Shown: positions 40,601 to 53,776, counted from the first letter of the stretch. The stretch is DNA of 64,000 nt from Tubiluchus corallicola (GCA_030141605.1 JAQGDQ010000520.1:62001-126000); one strand, 5' to 3'. Notes: generated by a model from the sequence alone, not told the origin. Program-made: numbers and translations.

Positions 40601-43600
40601 CCTACTATTAGCAATAGTATAAACTGCATGGTCTGACATCAGTTTGCACCTAACTGATAAAACATTAGATTTACATACAAACACAGCAAAAAGGAACTTC
40701 AGGAAAAAATTTTCAGTCTTAATAACAATCCTGCAGTTATACACATGTGAAAACTTATAATATAAGACTATTTCACTATATATTTGTCATTTTATCATGG
40801 TTTTTGCTAGGCATGATGTTGGCTAGTATTGATCGGCTCACCCCACACCAGCAGATGCTCGTAAAATGTGGCTCTGTGATTGGACTGCAGTTTACTCGAA
40901 GCACGCTTGAAGCTATAATGCCACAGGGCTACACCCAGAAAATCGGCTCTTCTCTCAGTGGTTTAATGGAGGTTGGAATATTGGAATGTGTAGCTTTAGC
41001 ACAGTCAAAAGCAAAGCGATCAAAACACGTGTACTGCATATGCAGTTTAGGACGCAAAAGTGGCTGCGACTGCACATTCATACAATTTAAAAATGTAGTC
41101 ATGCAGGAAGTAGCTTATGAATCTCTGGTGCTGACTCAAAGACAGGACTTACATGTGCAGACTGCAAAGCTTTTGGAAATGCCACAAAGTCTTCTATGCG
41201 TTCAATGTGGTGGACGAGATTTTCAACCGCCGATGAAACTGCGTGGTCAGGAAATGAAAACCAGGCGAGTAAATAGCACAATGGCTGTGTTCAATGCTCG
41301 ACGGCGACTTCGTTTTAAGCAGTGTGTAGAACAGGGGTTGTCACATTGTAATCTGGATCAAAGCAGCTCCGAAGAATTTTCTAGAGTAGCGTTTGCTTCG
41401 AGTGTTGATCAGGAGTGCATAAATGGTATCATATTGTCAACTATTTCAAATTAATCCCCTTACAGTATTACTTTTAGATTATCCATCAGTGCAATTTTTT
41501 TACATTTTAAGCTGAAAAAACCTTATCTCAATATTTACCATCCATCAGTTTTTTACCTGTTTTGTGATCAGTTTCTAGATACTTTTTAAATTGCAGGTCA
41601 TTGTTTAAATGAATTCAAATATTATGTGTTGTTCAGGACTACTTTTGTCCTTAAAAACAATTGGAAGCGAAATGTGGAAGTTATTGAGTTTGTGAGTTGT
41701 TATCTATTGAGTAAAAAAGTGTTCTCTGATTTTGTGAGAATTAAAAAAAAATAAAGTGCATATTTTTGAAGTTTGATTTAAGCCTAGTTAGAATTTTTTT
41801 TTTATAATGTATCTATTTACTTTAAAGCCTGTTCGGGCATTAATTTCCTATTACATTAACCTGAAAAATTTCACTTTTACTTAACTAAACTTTAAAAACA
41901 TTTTGACAATTTTGAAATTTGTGAGAACTTTTTTACATGTACTTTTTAAAGTTTTGTTGAGCTTTCAATTACTTTATTTAGTGAAATTTACCGATTGTTG
42001 TATGGAAGTGTTGTTCTTCTTAATAATTCAGTCATTTCATTTAGTAGAGTATAGCAGCATTAATAGGGTGGTGTAGATTAGTGATTGTGCCCAGTGCACT
42101 AGACTTTTTATGTTGATTCCTTCTTCACATTATCATTATTTCTGACATTTTGCAGTACCTGATAAACTTCCGTCTTCTACTTTGTGGAACATGTTGGTTA
42201 CTTTGCTTCGGCCAGCTCCTCAACATGTTACAGCCATTACTAGTGAAGCGACAGCATTTCCAGATGAGGAGGATGAGGAAAATCAAAGGAAGCAGTCACT
42301 GGGTGATTTACTAGCGTAGGATATTAATTTTTATAAACTATAAAGTGTTTATCTGCTTTTTAGTGGCTCCTTATTTGTTTGAAGTGGTTTGTTTTATTGC
42401 TAACTGCTTATTTTTAGCCTTCATTCTAATATTCAAATTCAAATTCTAATTATCTTTTCTTCAAATTGTTTGTTGGATCATATAGCTGGTTTTTTTTTCA
42501 AAGCTCAAGCTCAAGCAAGCACACTGCAAGCTCAAAGCCCAGTATCTCGTATCATTGCTCGTGGTTAGGCTGAAACTTATCTCACAGCTACGAAATCAAC
42601 GTGCAGCCATATCGAACCATGCAGGCAGAGACAAGGCATTCAAGTGAAGCATGTTCATATGACCACTTGACTCTGAATCCCACTCACTTGAAAAATAATT
42701 CTAATAATTTATCATTTACTTTTTTTAATTTTGTAAATTTATTTAAAAGAAAGTTGCCACTTGTGCTGAGGAACTGTAATTAAATTCCCAAACATGCTGA
42801 ACTATATGTGGATATAATCATTCATGAATGTAAATTGCTTTAATGAAGTGAACATATTTACTACTTACTATTTACTTCACCGGCTGAAATACATTTTATA
42901 TTAATGATAAACATTAATTCTTGTAAATTAGTGCAGTGTGGTAGATCTTGAGTTTAGATCTAATTCACCTTCTGTTTGTGAGAACTAAATGCTTTATTTG
43001 TGCAAGTGATGCAATGTTTGTTTGATTCATGTTTTAGGACACTAATGGCAGCACTTGAAGAAAAAGACATGGATGTCAAGAAATGCGAATGTGTTTATAT
43101 CCGCCAGTTCATCTACCCACAATTGGTAAAGCACTGGCGAGCAGTTGGCAATCGTAGTAAAACTATTCAATATCTAGTTGATGCTGGTACGGCTGATATA
43201 GCACTTGGCAGTTATGCACAGGTTTGCATTGTTTTATTACTCGTCTTAGTAACTGTAAGCAAATTATAATATACCTACTGCACGTCAAATTAGAGTCCAA
43301 CAAAGTTTACTATAATTAAGTTCTTGTGAAATAGGTAGAGTGAGTTTAATACTTTGCTCATTTCAGCCTTAATACAGCTAAATAATGCATACTAATCCTG
43401 TTTTTCATTTTATCAGGCAATAATCCGTCTGGAAGATGCTCAAAATGAAATTATTAAGTACAAGGAGGAAAGGGCAAAAGAAGAAGAAGAAGCAGAACAG
43501 TCGAAACTCAAAGAGGGACTGGCAGGGGACGACGAAGAGCATGCAGCATTGAGTAAAGAAGAAGTACCAATTAAAAGAATTCTCGAGGGGCGTATACATA

Positions 43601-46600
43601 ATCTCATTGGACAAGTGAGTGATTATCTTTAGGAAAAAATGAGACACCTGTGCATTATTGGAAACAATGTGCGCGAAACAAATACTAAATTAGAAAGTTT
43701 GAAAAACTTTTGCATCTTCACTGGGATTTGAACCCAAGCTTTCTGCTTTTTTGGCAGCTATGCTAGCTACTATGCCACAGAGGCACAGTGACTTTTCAGA
43801 CTTAGGAATTTACTCTGTAAGCTACTAAAGGTTTTTTAATGGGGAGTCACAGTTCATACTGCTTCAAGACACAGTACAAGATCAATCTCATAAATGCACA
43901 GAAGCAGTACTAAATTAGAAAGTTTGAAATCATTTTTCACCTTTACTGGGACTCGAACTTAGGTCTTTAGCTTTCCGGACAGCTTTCCGGACTTAGCTGT
44001 TACACCACATAGGTACACTGACAAAGAGATGAAAAGAATTTTAGCTATGCTTAGGTAGCACTAGTTGAATTAAATATGATTTGAATATTTTTGTTTAGAA
44101 TGAATTGATAATTTGTGATAGTTGGTTTTCCCCTTAAACTGAAGGCAGTTCTTATGATCTCAAACACAGTATTAATGCTAGAGCATCAAACTGAAGCATG
44201 TGTTATAGCTATTGTTATCTACGAATGATAAATTGTAGATACAAATAATTTTGCAAAGTTAATTAATATGCAGTTAAACTAGCTATAGTGTAATAAACTT
44301 ACCAATTATTCAAACATTATGCCTTTGCTGCTGTTGCTTATTAGGCTCGACTAGAAACTGGGAATTTGATGTCAGCAGAAAAGCACTTGCGTGAAGCATT
44401 GAAGATTTTAGGACGCAAACAACCGGACACAGTACTTGCTGAGCTGAAACTCAGCACCTTAGAAAGACTGCGTCAGTTATTTCATCGGACTGCTCCAGAA
44501 AAATTCATGTCTACTAATAGGTGATTTTCAGAGAAATTAAATATTTTTTGCATCTGACACAAATAATGTTTATTATTGACTGACTTGTATATTTTGTGTC
44601 AGATATTCTTATTATCCAAATAGTCAAAGAAAGAGGATATGTATTGAAATGATACTTATGGAATGCCATATGGAATGTCACACTCAAGTTCATAACTGCA
44701 TTACTTTTCACTTTTACAATATCTTCAAGATGTGTTTTAGATTATCATTATAAATTTCTGAGAAAATGAGTTTTACTAAATAAAACTTAAATTAGATCTA
44801 AAAATAATGGATGTGAGCTTTGGTGTTAATTTGTCCATCATAACTAATGTTAAAATTGTATTCATAACTAAAAATGATCCATTTTTTACCTTTTTTATTA
44901 AGCCCTGACTTTACGTGTACAAAGCTGTGCGCTGTTTAACATATTAATAGTACTGATTGAATTGATTGATTGAAAACTTTTATTTCGGAACAAAATTCCT
45001 ATTACAGCACAAAACCAATCATAACTAACAATCAAACATCATACATATAAATCAGTATAGCAATTGTTGGTTAGTAGTATCTACCGTTAATGAATTTTTT
45101 ACAATATTTACAATTTGGCTTTATTGGGTTACAGTATATAGGCATTTTACTCCAATGCTTATACAATCTAGATGTAATTAAACAGTGATTGTGAAATACA
45201 TTACTTATCAATTTATTGTAAGTGTTAATAACTCTAATTATTAATGAGAAGATAGATCTTTCAATAATAAAATGAAGATATGGCAAATTTAGTTCAATGC
45301 ACATTCGTCTAGCCGAGCAATCGTAGGATAGATTAAACAAAGTTCTGATACCTTTATTATATGCGACTTTTAAATTCCACAGACTATAGTCATAAAGACA
45401 ATAAACTATAGTAATATATAAGTTATAGTTTTTTTTAGGTCAGCTGTGTCAGAATATCTTCTTGAGCAAGCTCGATGCCTTTTGCAGCTGTGGACGACCC
45501 TTAATATGCAAGGCAAATATAAACAATGTTTCCTGATTGCTCTGCAAGCTGTGAATTCTGCTGAAGAAGCTAAGAATAACATCCACGAGGTAAGTTAATG
45601 TTTGGCAAGAAGAGTGTAATGGACATGCGAACACCATGCAGTACTGGAGATGTTTCATGTTGCCAACATTTTTTGAAGCATATAGAGATTCTAGATTTTT
45701 TGTGACCACAGCACATCTAAAATCACTATTTACTTCTAAAAAAGAACATTTGTGATATCATAGTTTTGAATCTAAAATAAAACACTATTACATGCACTTA
45801 ATTTGATGATTTCTGATTGGTCAGTCATTTGGTCAGTTAGTATTATACTAGGAATGGATCGATATTCAGTGTCGTTCAGTATGTAGAAATTAGTAAAAGT
45901 CAGTTTTTATCATTTATCAGCAAACTGAAGTAATATAATGTCTTATCATTCCGTAAAGTTAGTATTGGCACTGTTATATTTGCCCCTTCAAATGAAAATG
46001 ATTCAGGACATTGAGTGAACAATGAAAAATTTTAATATTAATAATTGTTTGCAATAACGACATTTCAATATTTCGGGTCTTGTTTTAGTAGGAATTGGAT
46101 TCATTGTCTTAAGAAGTTTGCATTATGAATTAGGTAATGTGATAAATGTATTCATTTTGCTTTATATTCCACGTGCAAAATTCTTGTAAAACTAACCTTC
46201 TAGTTACATACAATCCCTGCTTTTTCGCTACAAGAATTCTAACATGACTACAGATATATTTTTTTAATGACCCAAACCAATCGGTAATTTAACAAAAAAT
46301 GTGACAGATGATCAGTTATGCTTTGTGAATTTTATTTCAGATATTATATGGGCTATGGTTTCCCAAATATATAGTCACACTTTCCTGAAAAGGGAAGATC
46401 TGTGTAATTTGTTAGCATACGTAGCTGTAGCATAACTCTTTCTTGAATTTTATATGTACAGAATGTATAAATTACCACAATTACTGTGTTTTTTTAGTAC
46501 TAATTATCCATATTTACGTATATTTGTTGCACTTGTATATATCTTCAATAATTTTTTATATATTTAATTTAGTGTATGTCTGTTATTTTTTCACATCTGT

Positions 46601-49600
46601 GCATGTCTTTATACTAACTTTATACTGTACTGTCTCTTTTATTGCATTGTCTCTGAAAAAATGTACTGCATGTGCAAAATTAATGGTATATATTAGTGAT
46701 GCATACAGTACTTAATTCACTTCGTTATTTACTCAAGGTAATCCTAGCTTACACAAATATGATTAGATCATGTAATTCATGTCGCAAGTTCAGTAGTTTG
46801 GACATTTATGAGGAACTCGCATTTGAGAAGTGAGTATCTGTTAAATACATTTTTTATAGTTTTATATTGTATTCACATTATACTTGACAGTTTTATATCT
46901 ACATTGTACTTTTTATGGTGAATTATTTTTAATTTTTTAATGTCTTTCAAATTTTTTTATCTTATAAATTTTATTGTTCAGCATGCTAAGATTTTAAATG
47001 ATGTAGTGCACCATATAAATAAATTTTACATTACATTACACATTATGATAATTTATGGCTACATTTGCAGAAGAAGAGATTATGAACTGAATGAAACTGA
47101 GAAAAAGAACATTTTTTGTCTTCTTAACTTTATTTAAAATTAAACCTTAGCCCCATTTAAAACCCAACACAAATTTTACTTTGAATTCCGTCTGTGTGTA
47201 GAACATGTAGTAGTTGGTTTTTGGAAAGTCTCTTTATTGATAGACATTTTTTTATTAAGAATGATAAGTTCTTTAGTTTAGATTATATCGTGCTTGAACT
47301 ATAAATTCGTGGTTGCAGTTTTACAACTCATTATGTACAGGAACTTTGAAAGTGGAATAAATTTTGTAATATAACATAATATAATATAATTGTAATATTT
47401 AACTCTTGTAAATACCATTTGTTAATATTATTATAATTATTGCATAGTGTGACGATTATACCCCACGTGCGGTGTTCTAACTGTGTAGTTTTTTGCATTG
47501 TATTTGTAATGTATTCTAATGAATTGTAAACTGTACTTGCTGAATCATCAATAAATTATTATCTACCATAAGAGCTTGCGGTAAATTTGTTTATGAAACT
47601 TTTCGGTTTTATCAGTTTAACAAGATAAGTGCTAATGAAATCATGCTGCGCTACATTTGTCTCATTTTCTGTTTATTCGTAGGTGCATATATCTTCAGAG
47701 TTCATTTCAACAGGGGGAGTTTATTACTGTTGCTCACTTGTTTAAAGAAGCCATGGAGATTCGGTTAATACACGGTAAACTAGAGGCAGCTATTCGTTCA
47801 GGTACATTATTAAAGAAATGGTTCAACAAAAAAATCCAGTTAATACTTTAAATGAATTTTGTGCAGCAGTTTGATATTAATTTAAATATTGTGGAACATC
47901 CATAGTGTGAGTTGCGAAGAACATTGATCACTCAGTAATCTGGACAAGAACAATTACAATATGTAGCACATCAGAAAGCAAATTTTAAAATCTACAAATG
48001 TACAAATAAATTTAGTGCATTCAAGACCGGATTTACTTACTTGTGTGCCCTAGGCCAAACTCATCAGTTGGCCTCCAAATTTGGGCCTACGCGAACAGCA
48101 CAGGGTCCTTATGGTTTTGAATACATTATATAACAAAATACCTGGTGTGCACTTGAAACAAGGTTATGCACTAGCAAGCTGTGTGACAGATTAGTTTCAG
48201 TGGGTTCCCAGATACCCTAGTTCAATGGCCTATGTACTATGCCTATTGGTAAATCCAGTCCTGAATGCATAATATATCATTTATCTAGTCAGACTCTAGT
48301 GCATATTATATAACTTTTGATTGAGATTTAATATGCTTTATCAAAGACCTTGAAATTTTTGGAATATGATATTGTTTTGCTATTTAATTTTTAATGCGAA
48401 AGCGTTGACTGCCATCCAGTAGTGGTAGTAACGCGTCTAACTTAATTGTTGCTATATAGGTAAACGAGCACAAATGCTAACTGAAAAAATGCAAGAAAAC
48501 GAGATGTTATTCAAGGTTATCCCTCGATTGGCACAAGCATATTTGTTTATTGGCAGGTACGGATGAAAAATCACAAATAGCCAAATAATATTTATGGGAA
48601 TTATCTTAAAAGTATTAGATCGGTATTTAGTATTGTTAAAAGGCCTATGCTATGTAACATTAAATGAAGCATTTTCTTACAGTAATAATTAAAGCAGTCC
48701 TGAAGTATATAGACAATTTTCCACATGTATTAGTTGCTGATAGAAAAACAAAAAGATTTAGTATAATATCTAATGTTACAAATTTATACAAAAGCATGTC
48801 TGAAAAAGCTAACGTTATATCATAATGGAGGTAATACGAATTTAATTAATTTTGCTTGAAATTGTGGCTGTGTAGATGAAATTTATTGTGTGTTACATTT
48901 AGACCACATGAGGGCGTGGACTTACTGAGGAATCTACAGTTTTTGTCACACTATTTAGACGATGTCAGCGCTCTGAGTTGGTTCTACGCATGTGTATTTG
49001 ATGCAGGTTTAGAAGCAGGTAATTTTACTCATGTTTATGGTCACAGAGTTCTTTTACTTCATTTTGCTTTTGCTGATTTAATAATGGTAAACCTATAAAT
49101 GCATAAAAGCAATACTAAATCAGAAAATCTGAAAAATTTTGCATGTTTACTGGGACTTAAACCTAAGACCTTTTATGTTCCGGGTAGCTATACCGGGTAA
49201 TAAAAATCGAGTTTGCTGTTATTGTTTTTGTCATGAACATTTTTGCTTTTCCAGCCATACTTGAATTAGCTTCTTTGTAAACTAATATCAGCTAGATGTG
49301 AATTTATTGAAACTATTGTCTTTGTATTGCTTGACTCACATGCAGTATTTTTGCTAATCTAAAACCTGACTTCTTCCTATTAACATGAATATGAATTTAC
49401 TATTAAGGTTTGCGTACCATTATTTAATTGCTAAAATCAATTTTTTTGTAATAATTTATCGCTGTCTCATACTATATCAGATCAACAATGTTGTTTTGTT
49501 CAAATCAGTCTGATTGTTTTCTCTTTAGTGAACAGTGGTGTGTTTAATTAAAGCAAATGTGTGTAAACTAATAAGTAGGTGTGATAAATTTGTTTTACTC

Positions 49601-52600
49601 TTCCTTATTTCATTTGCAAATTAAAGCTTTAAGTACTAAAAATATAAACAAAATTTGGTTGATAGAGACCCAAACAGTCATTTGTGTGTGTGGGAACTTA
49701 GTTTAATATTTCAAACTGTTTAATGTAAACTGCACATTGTAAGTGGTGTTCTGTTTTGGTTTTGCTTCGCTACTTCTTAATTCTGTCATACAAATTTTAT
49801 CATAATAGAAGTTTTACTACACTAACTGGTTATAACCATAGAGCATATTGAATTTACAATTTTCATTTTAACATTTCTCTTTTCAGGTTTACAGTTAGAG
49901 AAGTATGCAAATTGCATTGAGTATGTGAAGAAAAACATAGTAGATGATTTAAGCACTACACTCGATGGCGTAGTGAAGTTTTATCTCATTGCCAGTGTTG
50001 CCCTGTGGTAAGTTTTATTGTATGTAAAAAATGATCAGGAAAACCACTTATCTAAAGTATTTTGCCTGCAATTTGTTGCTGCATTAACTTGTATTTTGAT
50101 CATTTGTGTTGTGTTTACAACTGACATACTCCCCTGCATAGTCTATTTACATTATTTTATTTAATATATCCGAATTTAGTTATTTCAGAATTCGGAGATG
50201 TATATTCTTTTTGTTTTTAGTTCAAATCAAATAATCGATTTGGATGAAATTTAGACACTTAGTAAAGGTGTTTTATCAATCAGATTTTTAATTATGTAGG
50301 CAAAAGTGGATATATTATGTCAGCTCAACAGAAGTTAACTATTTATTTTCATATTGTTTTTGTTTACAATACTGTTTACTACATCATTCAGTAACTTGAG
50401 AAATCTTATTAAGACTTGGCTTAACATAGTTAATTTTTGTTAACCTTTTCTTGGAACAATGTTATTTTAGAATCCATCCACTATAGTTGCTATAAATCTG
50501 ATTTATTTGGCTGCAAGTTTGTTAATTTCATAACCAACTAGGCAATGGCACAAATTGGTCGCAAAAGAGATCATAATCACCAGGCAAAAGCCTGAGCAAA
50601 TGCTAGAAATCTACAAAATTTGTCAAGCAAATATCCTTATAAGTTATTATATTAACCTACATAACAGAATGAGACACCATGTAAAACTCATTGTTTCTGT
50701 AACACAATAGTGCCTGTCTTTTGACAACACTGTAAAAAGGATGTAGATGTAGAAAGGAATATAGTTTGGCATCCATTACCTGAAGATAACCATTAGTATG
50801 CAGCCAAAATATTGCATTTTGAATAATAAGCACTTTTGCTTGTAGGATCTTTGGTATCAAAATTTTATTTGTAAAACTGAGATGCTAAATAGTAACACAT
50901 CTATTACTTTTATTCTTTTGCTTGAAAAAATTTTATTGAAAATTTAGTTTTGAGGCACCTTCTGTTTTTTTTATTTTGGTTTTGTTTGATTGTATTCTTC
51001 CACAACTAGGTGTTAACTTCAAGTAATGTTTGGTTACTTGCAAAGTCAATAATTACAGGTACTGCCGAAGAATGCAGCTTGATGATGCTGATGACTGGGT
51101 TGCTTTAATGATGGACACGGAGCCAAAATATTTGAGCAAGTTCTTATCTGTACGTGCATTTGTGAAGCTTGTTGAAGTACATTTGCTGAGTCTGTGCTAT
51201 TCAATTCAGTGTAATGTGAACATCAAAGCAGCACGGGCAATAGCAAAACAGGTACATATTATTAATTAGGTTTAAAGTTCATAAAGCTCAGTAAGAACTA
51301 ATATTAAAGAATTGGACTTAAGTTTTCCATTGTGTTCTTATGAGTGTATTTTGATGCATGTTCTTATGAGTGCATATTGATGTATGTTCTGACAAGTACA
51401 TTTTGAAATGTGTTTTTACGAGTGCATCTTGACGTACGTTCTTATGAGTGCATCTTGACGTATGATCTTATAAGTGCATCTTGATGTCTTATGAGCGCAT
51501 CTTGACATATATTCTTATGACTGTGTTGATGACTAGTAACTGCACTTCTTCTTGTACACGAATTGATTTCATCACATATGTTTATCTTTTCTTTTGAGAA
51601 TTCATAGCCATATATATTAATTCATCTACTCCACTTTATAGGTATTGTAAAGGCATTTATAGAATTGCTTTGTCCGCACATGTAAAGAAATTCGAAAGCG
51701 TAAAAGAGCCCAGCGATTGCCCTACTTAAATTTTCTACTTTTGGTTACAAACCCAACGTGCTACTAAACTGTGAAAGCTGAATCCTTTCTATTATTGATA
51801 CAAAAACAAAATGCAGCACAGTTTTATTGTCTAGTAAGTTTTATGTTAATCACCATCATCATTTTCATCATTATGAAATTTATGACCGTGATTGGGATTA
51901 TCATTACCAACCACATAACATTATCAACATCAGCAATAACAATTTAAATTTACATGCACTTGTTAAATTCCCACTGATTAAAACTAATATTGCAGCTTTT
52001 ACACAGGTTGAGAACTTTATTGATACTACGCTTATGGATACTTTCCTTAGGCACAAAGAAAGCTTGGCAAAGCTGTAAAAAGATTTCCCATTATGGCGCA
52101 CCGGTACCGACATTTGAAAGCCTACATGCACATGCTATCACACAAACAAGATAAAGCACGAAAACTTCTCGAGAGGAGCATAGTCTTGTGCCACAACAGT
52201 GACTATGTTTTGGAGGAAAATTGGATGAAACATTCTAGAGATATTTGGTTCAATGACAGTTGGAGTGAGGACGAAGATACTATCAACTTTTGGGTAGCAC
52301 ATCATACATTCGACGACGAGGTTTGTACGTGTCTTTATCGTGTAGGAATGATTCACAGAGGATAACCTGTTGTCAAATGTGTAATAGTCAGATCTTTAAA
52401 AATAAAGATGTTTCTAAAAAAATAAAGATGCTTCTATTTGTCACCTTTCTCCTCTTTTAGGATATTTTTGCTAGTGGTAATCTGTATTTGAACAGAACAA
52501 TATATGAAAACAGTTGACTGTGTGGTGACTGGGTATTTTTGCAACAAATACAATAGCTATGTCCTAAACGTAATAAGTTTTTTTTAGAAGTAACCACAAT

Positions 52601-53453
52601 AATAATTGTTTTATTTTCCTTGGGTTCTTTTCAACCTGCTGCATGTGAAAAAGGGTTCGACATTTTCAGGTATTTTAAAGAAACTTTTGGACATTAGGAG
52701 TCCGATATTAACTGGGTCTATAGAAATGCCATTTTCAGAATAAATGTCAACATCAATGAGGCGATGTGTTCTTCATCACTAAATACATTTATTTGAATCA
52801 TTTCCTGAATTTGAAAACAATGTTTTGTCAGCTGCCTCTTGACAATGGTAGAAGATGTTGACAAAATGTTGTGTTCAAATTCTGGAAACAAATACATTTG
52901 TGGTGAAGTTGTTGTTTATTCTGAGACTTGCCATTTGCTATGCTAACAATGTATATTAAAACAGTCTGTAAAACAAACAGTATTGGGCCAGTATTATGGT
53001 ATACAAACTTAGACAATTGCTAATGTATTTTTGAAAGTGGTGTTGTCATACCAGTGTTAATCTCATAATCAGAATTTCATTGTACAGGTTATAGACTGGA
53101 GAGAAACAATGGATAAAAGTGCAAGTGACATTTTGTATTCACTGCCCTTGCCATATGAAACACCATGCGAACGTAAACTGAAGCAGAAGCTAGAAGATAT
53201 AAGTAGTAGACCCACTGTTTGTGAAGATCTGACATTACCCGGTTCGTCGTCTAGTCGTACTGGAATGCTACTTAAACCACCTTCGATCATAGAAAGTCTC
53301 GTAGATGTGGATGCGCTGCCTCCGAGTGAAAACTCGTCAAGGCACATGGAACTGAGAATTCTTTATTCTGCTGAACCACCAACAGAATCAGACTTGCGAG
53401 AAGAAGATGAAGATGAGAAAAGCAGTGATCGTGAAGACAGACATAGCTTTTGA
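19372..53453 (+). CDS. ADCY10: Soluble adenylyl cyclase (adenylate cyclase type 10), full length: C1-C2 cyclase, STAND-like P-loop domain, TPR-like tail
   Basis: 35 coding exons: 19372-19426, 19666-19887, 20442-20540, 21435-21473, 21814-21960, 22785-22990, 23137-23287, 24088-24135, 24771-24856, 25344-25500, 27135-27166, 27848-27969, 28168-28244, 29694-29880, 30679-30749, 32697-32856, 33682-33883, 35635-35718, 36687-36976, 38522-38717, 40220-40322, 40811-41425, 42156-42315, 43038-43221, 43417-43614, 44345-44520, 45439-45589, 46738-46829, 47683-47801, 48460-48556, 48903-49018, 49887-50007, 51059-51251, 52051-52320, 53088-53453. Phases join to 5592 nt (1863 aa + TGA). Motifs: FADISGFTAL, GDILKFAGDA, LSEMRQVTILFMN, NKITQFDKG, FCGVVGH..RHEYTVIGAKVNKAARLM, YPLLGRE, VDDAHFMD, HGIPGW, IDRLTPHQQMLVKC. 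The first exon and the linker exons are less certain. Confidence 0.95.
19666..22990 (+). CDS. ADCY10: ADCY10 catalytic domain C1 (exons 2-6)
   Basis: Both metal-binding Asp residues present (ADISG; FAGD); the Lys95-equivalent (codon 21464-21466) is present. Confidence 0.93.
20608..20643. repeat. (TA)n microsatellite
   Basis: Read directly from the sequence. Confidence 0.9.
25344..29880 (+). CDS. ADCY10: ADCY10 catalytic domain C2 (exons 10-14)
   Basis: Substrate Lys (INK), the sAC-diagnostic Thr (HEYT) and the transition-state Asn/Arg (VNKAAR) are all intact. Confidence 0.93.
26200..26860 (+). mobile_element. LINE (L2/CR1-group) APE endonuclease relic in ADCY10 intron 10
   Basis: Ordered decayed motifs ITEIWF, KKGGGVAI, RLVVVYRPP, IGDFN, LVIT and SDH; RT part absent. 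Confidence 0.8.
28318..29170. mobile_element. Non-autonomous repeat with HINE/DINE-1-like layout
   Basis: Sharp rise in CpG, (GTT)n microsatellite near the left end (28424-28452), recurring TCAAGATGGCG / TGACGCCATTTT motifs, no ORF. Classification is by architecture only. Confidence 0.45.
31611..31660. repeat. (AAT)n microsatellite, possibly a retroelement 3' tail
   Basis: Read directly from the sequence. Confidence 0.9.
32697..32856 (+). CDS. ADCY10: ADCY10 exon 16: P-loop region (degenerate Walker A)
   Basis: GREQELEMVSQRLDK...VFLLEGTTGQGSSRLMSAC; CAG acceptor and GTAAGC donor. Confidence 0.9.
34133..35186. mobile_element. Old hAT-like non-autonomous element
   Basis: Degenerate terminal pair TGGGGACGGGACGA / TTTGTCCTATTCTTA, with clustered subterminal ATTCGG/ATTCAG motifs at both ends; TSD not resolved. 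Confidence 0.35.
37255..37610. repeat. Minisatellite, ~4.3 copies of an ~84-bp unit
   Basis: Unit approx. GCTGTTGTATTCTACCAGGTGTAATGGTTTTGTTCTGATTAAAATGGACACTTTT..CTGCTGCATTGGCCATAGCACTGAT. Confidence 0.9.
38119..38448. mobile_element. pogo/Tigger-like MITE
   Basis: TIRs CAGTGTTCCCTCGCTACTTCGCG / CGCGATAAGTGAGGGAACACTG; TA duplications at 38117-38118 and 38449-38450. Confidence 0.9.
39110..39725. mobile_element. piggyBac-type MITE
   Basis: TTAA on both flanks (39106-39109, 39726-39729); TIRs CCCTTTCACTACG / CGTAGTGATAAGG (11/13 match); subterminal GGCACACTGCC / GGCAGAGTGCC motifs. Confidence 0.8.
40811..41425 (+). CDS. ADCY10: ADCY10 exon 22: largest exon, Cys-rich region
   Basis: GMMLASIDRLTPHQQMLVKCGSV...FKNVVMQEVAYESL...CVQCGGRDF; lies within ORF 40747-41454. 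Confidence 0.92.
43682..44015 (-). mobile_element. Tandem dimer of tRNA-derived SINE-like units
   Basis: Two copies (~43682-43785 and ~43908-44015) of TACTAAATTAGAAAGTTTGAAA...ACTGGGA(T/C)T(T/C)GAAC, i.e. a B-box GGTTCAAATCC on the - strand; a third copy at ~49112-49195. Confidence 0.65.
44955..45395 (-). mobile_element. 3' end of a non-LTR retrotransposon
   Basis: The - strand reads LKVAYNKGIRTLFNLSYDCSARRM (LINE ORF2 C-terminal-type motif), then AATAAA and an (ATCA)n tail at ~44956-44973. Confidence 0.6.
46451..46690 (+). repeat. Dispersed ~240-bp repeat, copy 2
   Basis: Colinear with 3491-3735. Confidence 0.8.
48022..48263. mobile_element. hAT-type MITE
   Basis: TIRs CAAGACCGGATTTAC / GTAAATCCAGTCCTG (13/15 match); decayed 8-bp TSD AGTGCATT / AATGCATA. 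Confidence 0.75.
51334..51520. repeat. Minisatellite, ~7 copies of the 26-bp unit GTTCTTATGAGTGCATCTTGACGTAT
   Basis: Contiguous units starting at 51334, 51360, 51386, 51412, 51438, 51464 and ~51487, with no spacers. Confidence 0.92.
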
Positions 53454-53770
53454 AAGCTTAAAATGAAAAACATATTAAATTGATGCCAAGTAATCTACCT
53501 CCTGATCTTTTAAATTTAGCAAAGCACTCATGTAGGAATTTTTTTATCTTTTCAAAATTTTATTTTTATACATGTCGAGGAGAAATAAGATAACATTGTT
53601 TTTACTAACCATTCTTACTTTGTTTTGTCACTTTGGTGATATATGTTGCTCAAGTCTAATTATGAGAAGCAGTTTCAGAAATAAAAAAAAAGTTTTTGCC
53701 AATAATATCTACTTTTTTCTTTTTTTCTGTTTGTTGTACTTTGTGTGTACTGCTGGGACTGTCACGAAAA

Positions 53771-53776
53771 AATAAA
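53771..53776 (+). terminator. Candidate ADCY10 polyadenylation signal
   Basis: AATAAA 318 nt after the stop codon; another at ~53680. Confidence 0.4.

Noticed and set aside
40323-41431. GTATCA donors as U12-type introns
   Set aside because: They do not match RTATCCTT, and I saw no U12 branch consensus.
51334-51520. 26-bp repeat array as a CRISPR
   Set aside because: Units are contiguous with no unique spacers, there are no cas genes, and it lies in a eukaryotic intron.
53069-53347. Antisense ORFs over exons (also 5412-5741, 10970-11350, 15055-15270, 33727-33930)
   Set aside because: Shadows of real coding exons or LINE ORFs on the other strand, with no recognisable motifs.
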